A stretch of 64,000 bases of DNA from Bacteroidota bacterium (lineage in GTDB: Bacteria > Bacteroidota > Bacteroidia > 2-12-FULL-35-15), in contig JANYDQ010000157.1 in assembly GCA_025363555.1 (NCBI GenBank), forward strand, positions 2,247-66,246, read 5' to 3'. Shown here one piece after another: positions 9,656 to 18,048 of this stretch. The notes beneath the pieces are model-generated. The model was not told the origin of the DNA, searched no databases, and saw nothing but the letters and a program-made list of their open reading frames with translations. The first letter of the stretch is position 1. Each line of letters opens with the position of its first letter. The position numbers and the translations under genes were made by a program.

Positions 9656-12600
9656 TTAATTCTTTATAAATCGTTTCACACTCGAATGGTTTCCATCTTT
9701 AACATTGAGCAAATAAATACCACTTGTAAATTCTCCGACAGGAATGGTAGCGGAAGCACTTTTGCAAATCATTGTTTTTACCAAACTACCCATTACATCA
9801 TAAATATTAATAGTATAGTTTTTTAAAGAAGATGTATAGTTGATGGTAATATTGTCGGATGCAGGGTTTGGATAAATGTTGAATTCCCCATTTTCCATTG
9901 CCAATTGGTTAGTTGCACTTGTTACAATCGAACGTGTAAAGGTATTAACAGAAGTATTGGTAGATACGGGTGGATTAAAATCGAAATAAATGGATGCTTT
10001 ATTTAGTATTCTTGTGCCTCCTAATAAATTTGCAATAGGTTTTATGCGATATTGGACAAAACCCTGCGACCCTGCAAAGTCGGTAGTGCTGTCGGGAAGA
10101 TTGATATTATGAAAATTAAAAGTAAGCAATCTTCCGGTAAGCGAAACCACATTGGCATGGCTATAATTTATTAATTGAAAAGTGGATAAATCAAGTTTTG
10201 CATCCAGGGTATCCAACAGGCGGATGTTCATAGCAGGTGCAGTTCCGGTGTTTTGAAAATGTACGGTGTAGGTAAAATAGTCCTGCGACCTTTCAGGCAC
10301 CTGTTCAGGATAGGTTTCTTTTAAATTAGGGTCGTACGAATTATGAACATAATAACAATAATTATAATTGTTGTTGGTGCTGTCGTTATCGCCACTTGCG
10401 GGAGATACCTGAACATTGATACAAATCACATCCCCGTTTTGAGCAAACGGATTGGTGGTAAATTGTAATCCAAAATCGGTTGTATTGTTGATGTTATCAA
10501 AATTAGAAACAGGATAAGTATATACATTATTTACTATTGTTGGAGTTAATGCTCCCGAAGCAATACCATTGTAAATAACAGGTCCCGTAACCGTTACTTT
10601 TACCTGTCCGCTCACTCCGGCTGCACAGTGCATGTGGTACCAGTGACTCATATCACCAGCTACTATCCGCACTTCATGGGCTTGTCCGGGAAAAATCAGT
10701 CCGTAAGTTACTACAGATTGAGTACCTGCATCAAACCCCGGTTTACATATTATATCAAAGTTTACATCCTGTACCAGTGAGTTGGCAGAGGTTAAAACTA
10801 CTGTTGAATCCACCCCCGGATTAGCACATTGATAGGTATAAGGCACATCGGCAGTATCAATTTTTACTGTGTACGTCCCGGTAGTATCCGGGAAATCGTA
10901 GATGCCGTTTATAGCAGTATAGGTTTGGCTCAATAAATTATTTCCACTGTCGTAACATTTCAAAGGCACATTTATATAAATATGGTCGGTCGAATCTTTC
11001 ACACAATTGGAAAGACTGTCTTTATAAACAAAGCCAAGAATACCCGAAGCACTTGCACATCCGCTTACATTGCCTGCACCGCAAAGAGGGGTGGCAAGCA
11101 TAGCCCATGTCATTGCCGGAATATAATTTGGGAAACAGGTAAATGGATTATTTGAAATATTAAAATGGCTGCTATCGGCAATTGAAAAAGGAAAAACCGG
11201 GAAGCACGAAATACTATTATTATCACACCATAAATAGCTTAATCCATTAGGCAATGTTGGAAGCCCTGTTAACTGGTCTGTTTCGCAATTTAATTCGGAT
11301 AAACCAGCAGGTAATGATGGCAGTGTAATTAAAGGATTGTTGCTGCAATATAGTTTTGATAATGAAGAGGACATTACAGAAAATGACGTTATTTGATTAT
11401 TGCTGCACCATAATTCAGAAAGCGAATTATTCATTGCCGGAAACGTTGCAATTAAATTATTAGTGCAGGATAAATAATTTAGCGAAGCCGGAAATGCCGG
11501 AAATGTAGTAAGTTGATTATTGTTGCATGATAAATAACTCAACGATGAATTAAACGAAGGGAAAGAAGTAATTGCATTATTGTCACAATATATGGTGGCA
11601 AGCGAAGTTCCCAATGCAGGCAATGTTGGCAATTGATTGTTCCGGCATGACAATGTACCAAGCGAATTGGGCAATGCAGGCAGACTTGGTAAAATATTGT
11701 TGTCACAATTCAAATCAGTAAGTGCATTTGGCAAAGCCGGAAGAGTTGGTAAATAATTTGCAGAACAATTTAAAAAATTGAGTGATGCAGGGAGTGCCGG
11801 AAGAATTGTTAAAGAATCATTACTACACGTTAAAGCGGAAAGAGAATTGTCTAATGCTGGAAGAGTACCTAATGGATTATTACTGCAATTTAAAGTAACA
11901 AGCGAATTGGGTAAAGCTGGCAAACTATCTAAGTAATTAGTTGAACAATCTAAATAATTAAGTGCAGTATCTAATGCGGGAAGTACAGGTAATTGATTGC
12001 TGTAACATCTTAAATCTGTTAACCCATTGGGCAAAGCAGGAAGTGATGTTAATTGGTTGCTACTGCAATTTAATATTAAAAGGGCACTGTCCAGTGGGGG
12101 AAGACTTGGTAATAGGTTATTATAACAAATCAAAGTTGTAAGTGAAGAATCTAAAGACACAATGGAAGTCAATTGATTTTGATAACAATTCAGAAATTTG
12201 ACCGAACCGGGTAAAGCAGGAATAATTGTAATATTATTCCGGTCGCACATTAATGTATCAAGCGAAAGGGGTAAAACAGGGAGACTGGTTAAATGATTAA
12301 ATTCACAACTGATAAAGGTAAGAGAATTGGGTAAAGGAGGAAGACTTACCAATTGATTGCTGTCGCAGGAAAAATAAGTTAAAGAACCGGGTAATGCCGG
12401 AATAGTGTGAATTAAATTATAGCCGCAATACAAATGAATAAGGTGAGTAAAATAGTTTATTCCTGTTAAATCAGAAATGGAATCGCGGGTTACATCAATA
12501 TCTGTAACAGTTGATAATGACGAACAGGTGGTGTCTAATTGATTTCCTGTGATACAAATCGGATAATGGGTTTGCAACCACAAAACAAAATGAGCATCGG

Positions 12601-12673
12601 GAATAGTAACCAATTGTGGTTTTGCAATTATACTTATCAGTAAAAGTGCAATTAATGTAATTGTTTTTTTCAT
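9656..12673 (-). CDS. T9SS-secreted leucine-rich-repeat protein (20-aa LPxLPxSLxxLxCxxNxL repeats) with DUF7619-like domain and CTD
   Basis: IPD..F..WL N-cap; about 20 tandem 20-aa LRRs; SYDPNLKE..YTVHFQNTG; IYPNPASD tail. Confidence 0.88.
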   Translation of the reverse strand: MKKTITLIALLLISIIAKPQLVTIPDAHFVLWLQTHYPICITGNQLDTTCSSLSTVTDIDVTRDSISDLTGINYFTHLIHLYCGYNLIHTIPALPGSLTYFSCDSNQLVSLPPLPNSLTFISCEFNHLTSLPVLPLSLDTLMCDRNNITIIPALPGSVKFLNCYQNQLTSIVSLDSSLTTLICYNNLLPSLPPLDSALLILNCSSNQLTSLPALPNGLTDLRCYSNQLPVLPALDTALNYLDCSTNYLDSLPALPNSLVTLNCSNNPLGTLPALDNSLSALTCSNDSLTILPALPASLNFLNCSANYLPTLPALPNALTDLNCDNNILPSLPALPNSLGTLSCRNNQLPTLPALGTSLATIYCDNNAITSFPSFNSSLSYLSCNNNQLTTFPAFPASLNYLSCTNNLIATFPAMNNSLSELWCSNNQITSFSVMSSSLSKLYCSNNPLITLPSLPAGLSELNCETDQLTGLPTLPNGLSYLWCDNNSISCFPVFPFSIADSSHFNISNNPFTCFPNYIPAMTWAMLATPLCGAGNVSGCASASGILGFVYKDSLSNCVKDSTDHIYINVPLKCYDSGNNLLSQTYTAINGIYDFPDTTGTYTVKIDTADVPYTYQCANPGVDSTVVLTSANSLVQDVNFDIICKPGFDAGTQSVVTYGLIFPGQAHEVRIVAGDMSHWYHMHCAAGVSGQVKVTVTGPVIYNGIASGALTPTIVNNVYTYPVSNFDNINNTTDFGLQFTTNPFAQNGDVICINVQVSPASGDNDSTNNNYNYCYYVHNSYDPNLKETYPEQVPERSQDYFTYTVHFQNTGTAPAMNIRLLDTLDAKLDLSTFQLINYSHANVVSLTGRLLTFNFHNINLPDSTTDFAGSQGFVQYRIKPIANLLGGTRILNKASIYFDFNPPVSTNTSVNTFTRSIVTSATNQLAMENGEFNIYPNPASDNITINYTSSLKNYTINIYDVMGSLVKTMICKSASATIPVGEFTSGIYLLNVKDGNHSSVKRFIKN

Positions 12674-12712
12674 AGCATTTAGGTTTTAAGTTGATGTATA
12701 ATTATTACGCAA

Positions 12713-12720
12713 CAAAAATA
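12713..12720 (-). promoter_or_regulatory. Bacteroidota -7 promoter element (TATTTTTG) for the LRR/T9SS cluster
   Basis: CAAAAATA on + strand equals TAnnTTTG on - strand, about 40 bp upstream of the LRR gene start. Confidence 0.6.
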
Positions 12721-12753
12721 TAGTAAAAAAAAATGAAATAAACTGCCAATATG

Positions 12754-12815
12754 GCGAATGGTAGCCTGAACTAGTGAACGAACGGTTTGGGCACTTGAAT
12801 GGTAGGTTTGGGCGG
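12754..12815. promoter_or_regulatory. Imperfect direct repeats with 20-21 bp period, candidate LytTR-type operator
   Basis: GAA(T/C)G cores at 12756, 12776 and 12797; GAATGGTAG twice; GGTTTGGGC at 12784 and 12805. Confidence 0.45.
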
Positions 12816-13012
12816 TTAAGCGGTAATCGGGCAAAAAATTGATTTTGAAACCTGATTTCCTTTCAAAGCATTGCCGTTAAATAAACACAGAAGATATGAA
12901 AATGAATTTGACGGGTTTTGGAATAAAAAGACTGACAAAACAAAAAGGGCTTTTTTCGCCTTTTTTTGAAAAACAGGATGCAAGAAAGTAGTGAAAAGGA
13001 AAATAGGCAAAC

Positions 13013-13044
13013 AAAAAAAAGTCTCCCGAAAGCGGAAGACTTTT
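13013..13044 (-). terminator. Intrinsic terminator of the desaturase gene
   Basis: AAAAGTCT-CCCG-AAAG-CGG-AAGACTTTT hairpin with an A8 tract on + strand (U-tract on - strand). Confidence 0.75.
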
Positions 13045-13069
13045 ATTTGAAATTTAGGTTCAGCGTTTA

Positions 13070-14188
13070 TTAACCCATGCTGTTTGCAATAGCAAAAAAG
13101 GTAACATCGTTTTTGCCTAACCTGGAAATAACGCGCATATGAGATGCAAATGCTTTCCAGAACGATTCGTTATATAAATACGGTACTCCAAACTCTTTTG
13201 CTGTTTGTTCCACAATGGGAGCAATGGCAGGATAGTGAACATGACACACACGGGGAAACAAGTGATGTATTGCTTGGAAATTTAAACCGCCTACATAATA
13301 GGTTATCAGCGGATTGTGTTTGGCAAAGTCGGCTGTTGTTTGCAACTGGTGTATCGCCCATTCGTTTTCTATATTTCCTTTCTCATCCGGTTTAGGGAAA
13401 GTTGTTTCTTCAATGACGTGTGCCAATTGAAACACCACAGATAAAATAATACCTGCAACGAGGTGTAGAGATAAAAAGCCTAAAAACACCTGCCCGAAGG
13501 ATAAGTGCAAAAGCATCATTGGCAACACAAACATATAGGTGTAATAAATAATTTTCCAGAAAAGGATAACAAGTAAGGTTTTGGTTTTCCCCCAGGTGCT
13601 TTCGCGGTTATGCCCTTCTTTTATAAACTGATAATATTGAATAAAATCTTTGGCAGTAGTCCAGTAAAGCGACATGATAGAATAAAACAAAAACACATAA
13701 AACACCTGGATGCGCTGAATTTTATTGTATTTCCCGTTAGGAGAAAACCGCATAATCACTTTGTCGTCTATATCTCTGTCGTGCCCGGAAATGTTGGTGT
13801 AGGTATGGTGAAGAATATTATGCTGGGTAATCCAGTTTTTGTTATCCCCACCCACAATAGAAAGCGACATGGACATCAGTCTGTTTGCCAGTTGGCTGGA
13901 CGAATAAGCACCGTGATTAGCATCGTGCATCACACTCATGCCTATACCGGCAAGCCCCAAACCCATGATTAACGACATCAGCCACATTACCAAATGACTG
14001 TAGCCCTGGGTCATAATGAGTGCGTAAGGAACAAAGTAAAGGGAAAGCATAACAATGGATTTGAAAACCATTTTAAAATTAGCGTGTTGGGATATTTTGT
14101 GGTCTATGAAATACTGGTCAACGCGCTCTTTTAATGTGTTAAAAAACTGTGTTTTGTCTTTATTTATAAACTTTATTTTCTGTTTCAT
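13070..14188 (-). CDS. Membrane fatty acid (acyl-CoA) desaturase, DesA3/linoleoyl-CoA desaturase-like
   Basis: His boxes HDANH, HNILHH and QAIHHLFP; transmembrane segments; TACCTTTG promoter element at 14209-14216. Confidence 0.92.
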   Translation of the reverse strand: MKQKIKFINKDKTQFFNTLKERVDQYFIDHKISQHANFKMVFKSIVMLSLYFVPYALIMTQGYSHLVMWLMSLIMGLGLAGIGMSVMHDANHGAYSSSQLANRLMSMSLSIVGGDNKNWITQHNILHHTYTNISGHDRDIDDKVIMRFSPNGKYNKIQRIQVFYVFLFYSIMSLYWTTAKDFIQYYQFIKEGHNRESTWGKTKTLLVILFWKIIYYTYMFVLPMMLLHLSFGQVFLGFLSLHLVAGIILSVVFQLAHVIEETTFPKPDEKGNIENEWAIHQLQTTADFAKHNPLITYYVGGLNFQAIHHLFPRVCHVHYPAIAPIVEQTAKEFGVPYLYNESFWKAFASHMRVISRLGKNDVTFFAIANSMG

Positions 14189-14266
14189 TTTATTAAATAT
14201 ATAAAGTACAAAGGTACGTAAAAAAACGTTATCTTTAGCAAGAATTGTAGTGAAAACGCAGGGTGT

Positions 14267-14611
14267 TTATAAGTTTATGTCCATCTTTTTGTAAAAAACC
14301 ACCATGCTCGAAAGAAAGAAAATAGAAAAAACAATTCCGACAAAACTGATGTCATTAATAAGGACAAGAATAATTTCTTTTGTAAAAAAAGTGAGGATAA
14401 ACAAACTTACTCCCCACCGTTTCATGTGCCATACTCCAATGTAAGAAATGAAACTGGCAGCAACCAGTAAACCGAATAATGCCGGATACCAGTCGCCCAG
14501 CTTTTTTATGGAGGGAGAAAATACTGCCGGAAGGCTGAATACAATCCAGGTAAAACCAAGAATACAAACAACGGTAATTAATACAGGTCTTTTTTTTATT
14601 ACTGCTTCCAT
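14267..14611 (-). CDS. Small membrane protein (about 4 TM), unknown function
   Basis: 114 aa, four hydrophobic segments; KRP..ITVVC start and G.W.MK.WG motif. Confidence 0.7.
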   Translation of the reverse strand: MEAVIKKRPVLITVVCILGFTWIVFSLPAVFSPSIKKLGDWYPALFGLLVAASFISYIGVWHMKRWGVSLFILTFFTKEIILVLINDISFVGIVFSIFFLSSMVVFYKKMDINL

Positions 14612-14659
14612 CTGATAAATGGCTAAAATGTTTTATTGTTATATTGTTTAATTACGTAA

Positions 14660-14706
14660 AGACAAATTGACAAATGAACTAGTGAACCAATGAACAAATA
14701 AACTAA
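14660..14706. repeat. Octamer tandem repeats (TGAACAAA-like)
   Basis: GACAAAT TGACAAA TGAACTAG TGAACCAA TGAACAAA TAAACTAA. Confidence 0.65.
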
Positions 14707-15947
14707 CTTGCTCTAATTGCTTCCACAGGGTCGAGCTGTGATGCTCCATAAGCAGGCACAAACCCGGAAACCACCCCTATTAATATGGAAATGGTGAATC
14801 CTAAAATAATGTTTGATTTGGTTAGCGTAATTTCCATACCAAACGAATCGCCTGCGGTGATGGTAATAATGTACACAATCAACAAGCCAATGATGCCGCC
14901 TATCAGCGATAAAAAAATAGATTCAAAAATAAACTGTAACAGGATAAAATAGTTTTTTGCACCCAGGGATTTTTGAATCCCGATAATGTTGGTGCGCTCC
15001 TTAACAGAAACAAACATAATATTGGCAATACCAAAACCTCCCACCAGTATAGAGAATCCCCCGATTATCCAGCCGGCAATGCCAACAATATCAAATAACT
15101 GGTCGAACTGGTTTGAAATTAAACTGGTTTGGTTCAGCGCAAAATTATCTTCTGCTTTGGGTTGTAACTTGCGGATGGAACGCATCAAACCGGTTAACTC
15201 ATCTATTAATTCAGTGTTACTCACTCCTGCTTTTGCACGCACAAGGAGTTGAGGGTCCAGGTTTTCACTTCTGATATCTATCAAGCTGCGTGCAAATTGC
15301 ACCGGCACCAATACCTGCGTATCAGGACTTCCGCCCAAAATACTTTCGCCTTCTTTTTTGAAAATACCTATTACCATTACCTTTGAACCATTCACTTTTA
15401 TCATTTGCCCTAACGGATTTTGAGTAGGGAAGAGTGCTTTTGCCAGCACATCGCCTATAACAGCTACCGGTCTGCCGGCTGATGATTCTACTTCAGTAAA
15501 ATAACGCCCATCGGCTATTTCAAAATTCTTTACTTTGTCGTATTGGTGAGATGCACAAATAATAGTAACATTTTCGATACTGTTGCTTCTGTATTTCACG
15601 GTAATGTTGGTACTGATTGCAAATGCTGCCGATTGTGCTCCATCGCATTTGCGCAGAATGGCATCCAGCTCGGTATAATCGGGCAGCGGACGATTCATAT
15701 ATTTCCACCAGGGATAATCGGGTCCGAATGTCCAGGGCCACTTTTCCACAAATACCACATCGTCACCCAGGCTTTGAACACTTTTACGAAGGTTTTGTTC
15801 CAATGAATCCACTACTGTGAACACGGTGATGATAGCGAAAATACCAATGGTGATGCCTAAAAGAGAAAGGAAAGTACGGAGCTTGTTTACCACCAGCGCA
15901 TTGATGGCAAACAAAATACTTTCGCGAAAAAGTCCTAAAAAAAGCAT
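14703..15947 (-). CDS. ABC transporter permease, MacB/FtsX family
   Basis: NKLRTFLSLLGITIGI, periplasmic core, VGGFGIANIMFVSVKERT..IGI.KSLGA, PA..AS.LDPVEA.R; TACATTTG promoter element at 15973-15980. Confidence 0.92.
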   Translation of the reverse strand: MLFLGLFRESILFAINALVVNKLRTFLSLLGITIGIFAIITVFTVVDSLEQNLRKSVQSLGDDVVFVEKWPWTFGPDYPWWKYMNRPLPDYTELDAILRKCDGAQSAAFAISTNITVKYRSNSIENVTIICASHQYDKVKNFEIADGRYFTEVESSAGRPVAVIGDVLAKALFPTQNPLGQMIKVNGSKVMVIGIFKKEGESILGGSPDTQVLVPVQFARSLIDIRSENLDPQLLVRAKAGVSNTELIDELTGLMRSIRKLQPKAEDNFALNQTSLISNQFDQLFDIVGIAGWIIGGFSILVGGFGIANIMFVSVKERTNIIGIQKSLGAKNYFILLQFIFESIFLSLIGGIIGLLIVYIITITAGDSFGMEITLTKSNIILGFTISILIGVVSGFVPAYGASQLDPVEAIRAS

Positions 15948-16035
15948 ACTGTTTTTAAAGTTTTAAAGTATGCAAATGTAATATTTTTCCGCCTGTGATG
16001 GGATTTTGAAAAAGAAAGTAAATACAAAAGTGCAT

Positions 16036-16071
16036 AAAAAAACCCGCTATGGTATTTACTACCATAGCGGG
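16036..16071 (-). terminator. Intrinsic terminator of the 227-aa gene
   Basis: Perfect 12-bp stem CCCGCTATGGTA/TACCATAGCGGG with a 5-nt loop, preceded by A7 on + strand. Confidence 0.88.
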
Positions 16072-16094
16072 AATTTTTAATAATGAACGACTAT

Positions 16095-16778
16095 TTACAT
16101 AATCATTACATTATACACCACGCTCCAGGCACCGAATTCGCCCACAGCGTTGCCCCAGCATAAGCGGAAAGACAGAATTTGCCCTGTATTTTCTTCCGCG
16201 AAGCTCATTTTGCCGTTGAACCTGGTAAAATTACCAAGAAAAGCAAATTTAAGCACACTGGGTGCCGGCTGTCCGAAAGGAACAACTATGCCGAACACCT
16301 GGTAACTTTTTACCCCGGCAGGTTTCTTTCTGCTGCTGGGCGAGTTTTCATCGCGCACATCCAACCCGATAAACAAATGCTGGTTGTTTTTTGCATTTGC
16401 ATTAACCGGTGTACTTGTTGGCTTCACCGCTTTGGTACGTGCCGAAGGAACGTTTACGCCAAGCGTTACACGGTTTCCGTCCGTCAAATTCACATTTTTG
16501 TTGATGTGATTTGCTGCAAAAAGCCGTAAACTCTTTTCGTAAGTACCTCTCGCAAGGTTCTTGTTTTTAACTTGAGTAGCCGATCTGCTACCCTTTACTG
16601 CTTTACTTCCCACTGCATAAGCATTCACCCATGTAGTTTGTTCGGTTAGTAAACCCGTTAAGTCGGCAGGTACAAGACCTAACGCAACTAACATAGTGGC
16701 TACTTCTGTCATAAAGTTCGACTGCCATCCGTCAAAGCTTTCGTCCGTTTCCGGAATGTAATTATTGGCTGTTGCCAT
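16095..16778 (-). CDS. Hypothetical cytoplasmic protein: N-terminal helical domain plus C-terminal Ig/FnIII-like beta domain
   Basis: 227 aa, no signal peptide; YIP..D..F..W..NF start and KP.GV...W.N..G..G.WS end resemble an uncharacterised family; has its own promoter and terminator. Confidence 0.75.
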   Translation of the reverse strand: MATANNYIPETDESFDGWQSNFMTEVATMLVALGLVPADLTGLLTEQTTWVNAYAVGSKAVKGSRSATQVKNKNLARGTYEKSLRLFAANHINKNVNLTDGNRVTLGVNVPSARTKAVKPTSTPVNANAKNNQHLFIGLDVRDENSPSSRKKPAGVKSYQVFGIVVPFGQPAPSVLKFAFLGNFTRFNGKMSFAEENTGQILSFRLCWGNAVGEFGAWSVVYNVMIM

Positions 16779-16843
16779 ACTTTTTTCAAAAGGGATTTTT
16801 TATAAAAGCTATATCATTATAGCTATTTAGTCCCTCTACTTAT

Positions 16844-16871
16844 AAGACGTGCATAATACATAAAAGGTTGC
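16844..16871 (-). promoter_or_regulatory. ECF-sigma-type promoter (GCAACC-N16-CGTCTT)
   Basis: Minus strand reads GCAACC ttttatgtattatgca CGTCTT, about 65 bp upstream of ATG 16778; matches the AAC/CGT ECF consensus. Confidence 0.65.
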
Positions 16872-17120
16872 ATGAATCCTATATATTTTTTAATTTATTT
16901 TAATAATAATTTTAATTCACTGTATTCCAATTACATAAATCACATATTTATTTATTCAAATGTTAAAATTTGCCTTGTTTTAGATATTTTTTAAAAAATA
17001 TAAATAATAATAAAAGCTTTTTTTTGATTTTATTTCCATTCATTATCCCCTGGTGCCCGAACCCAACAATCTTTAAATAAATGATAAGTAATGTAATGTG
17101 CTTATTTCGTAAGGCATGCA

Positions 17121-17309
17121 AAAGTTTCCCATAGCAAAGGGAAAGTTTCCCATAGCAAAGGGAAAGTTTCCCATAACAAAGGGAAAGTTTTACTTAGCAA
17201 AGGGAAAGTTTTACTTAGCAAAGGGAAAGTTTCCCATAACAAATGGAAAGTTTCCCATAACAAAGGGAAGGTTTCCCATAACAAAGGGAAAGTCTCGGGT
17301 ACTAAAGGG
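17121..17309. repeat. 21-bp tandem repeat array (8 good copies plus 1 degenerate), consensus AAAGTTTCCCATA(A/G)CAAAGGG
   Basis: Units start at 17121, 17142, 17163, 17184, 17205, 17226, 17247, 17268 and 17289; junctions form the palindrome GGGAAA-G-TTTCCC. Confidence 0.97.
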
Positions 17310-17492
17310 TATATTTGCCTTTTGTCACGTTTGGGAGTTTGGTTTGCTTCTTTAATTTATTATTAATTAATATTTTTAACAGCCCGCTCTAAAAAGAAAA
17401 ATTTAAAGTCCCCTAATTTCTAAGATGCTAAAAAAACAACATTTTTAATTGGGCGGAATTTTTAGTTTGTGTTTTTAATCGAAATTTATTTT

Positions 17493-17500
17493 TACCTTTG
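17493..17500 (+). promoter_or_regulatory. Bacteroidota -7 promoter element (TACCTTTG) heading the metal island
   Basis: TAnnTTTG match with an upstream TTTG at 17466; ATGs at 17503 and 17506. Confidence 0.7.
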
Positions 17501-17505
17501 TGATG

Positions 17506-17901
17506 ATGAAGAAAATAGTTTCTGTATTTCTTGCTTTTATATTTGGCTTATCTGCTATGGGTATGGAGGTAACTATGCACCATTGCAAGGGTGAAACTTC
17601 TTATATTGTATTTGGAATTGATTTTAATAAGCATTGTAAATGCAAACACGAAAACAGAAAACACAATAAAAACTGTTGTGATAGAAAAAGTATTTTCGTA
17701 AAAACGGTTGGAGACAGTTTCTCCAATACAACTAAGGTAGTTTCGTTCAATAAAATTTGTTTGAATCCATTTTTAGTTTCTGAAGGTTTTTTAACAAAAT
17801 TTTGTAGTTATAAAAATTACAATTCTGCTTCTTACATTTCTAAAGTCCCTCCTGACAGGGGCATTCCTCTTAATACGCTCAACTGCGTTTCCCGAATATA
17901 A
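17506..17901 (+). CDS. HYC_CC_PP-type Cys/His-rich small protein, putative metal-responsive leader
   Basis: N-terminal hydrophobic segment, MHHCKG, CKC, CC, C-terminal VPPDRG...LNCVSRI; the annotated GTG 17500 overlaps the promoter, so ATG 17503/17506 is preferred. Confidence 0.78.
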   Translation: MKKIVSVFLAFIFGLSAMGMEVTMHHCKGETSYIVFGIDFNKHCKCKHENRKHNKNCCDRKSIFVKTVGDSFSNTTKVVSFNKICLNPFLVSEGFLTKFCSYKNYNSASYISKVPPDRGIPLNTLNCVSRI

Positions 17902-18048
17902 ATTTTTTCTATGAGCTATGTTTGTACTTTAGGGTGCTTGCATCGTTCGCCAAATTTTGGTCAAACATTACTCTTTAAATCAAAGGGTTCAATGATTTGA
18001 ATCCTAATTATCATTCACTGAAACAAATAAACAATTAAATAAAAAAAA

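Noticed and set aside
9656..12673. IpaH/SlrP-type E3 ubiquitin ligase effector
   Set aside because: Only the LRR resembles these proteins; there is no NEL domain and export signals are Sec plus T9SS.
12816..13010. 64-aa ORF upstream of the LRR gene
   Set aside because: Low-complexity, Phe/Lys-rich translation of an AT-rich intergenic region lying between a terminator and a putative operator.
17121..17309. CRISPR or other guide-RNA array
   Set aside because: Units are contiguous 21-mers with only a few substitutions and no unique spacers; no cas-like gene is recognisable in the window.
17102..17355. ORFs 17102-17284 (-) and 17116-17355 (+) as real proteins
   Set aside because: Both are simple translations of the 21-bp repeat; an open frame is expected from a stop-free unit whose length is a multiple of 3. 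Not listed as CDS without expression data.
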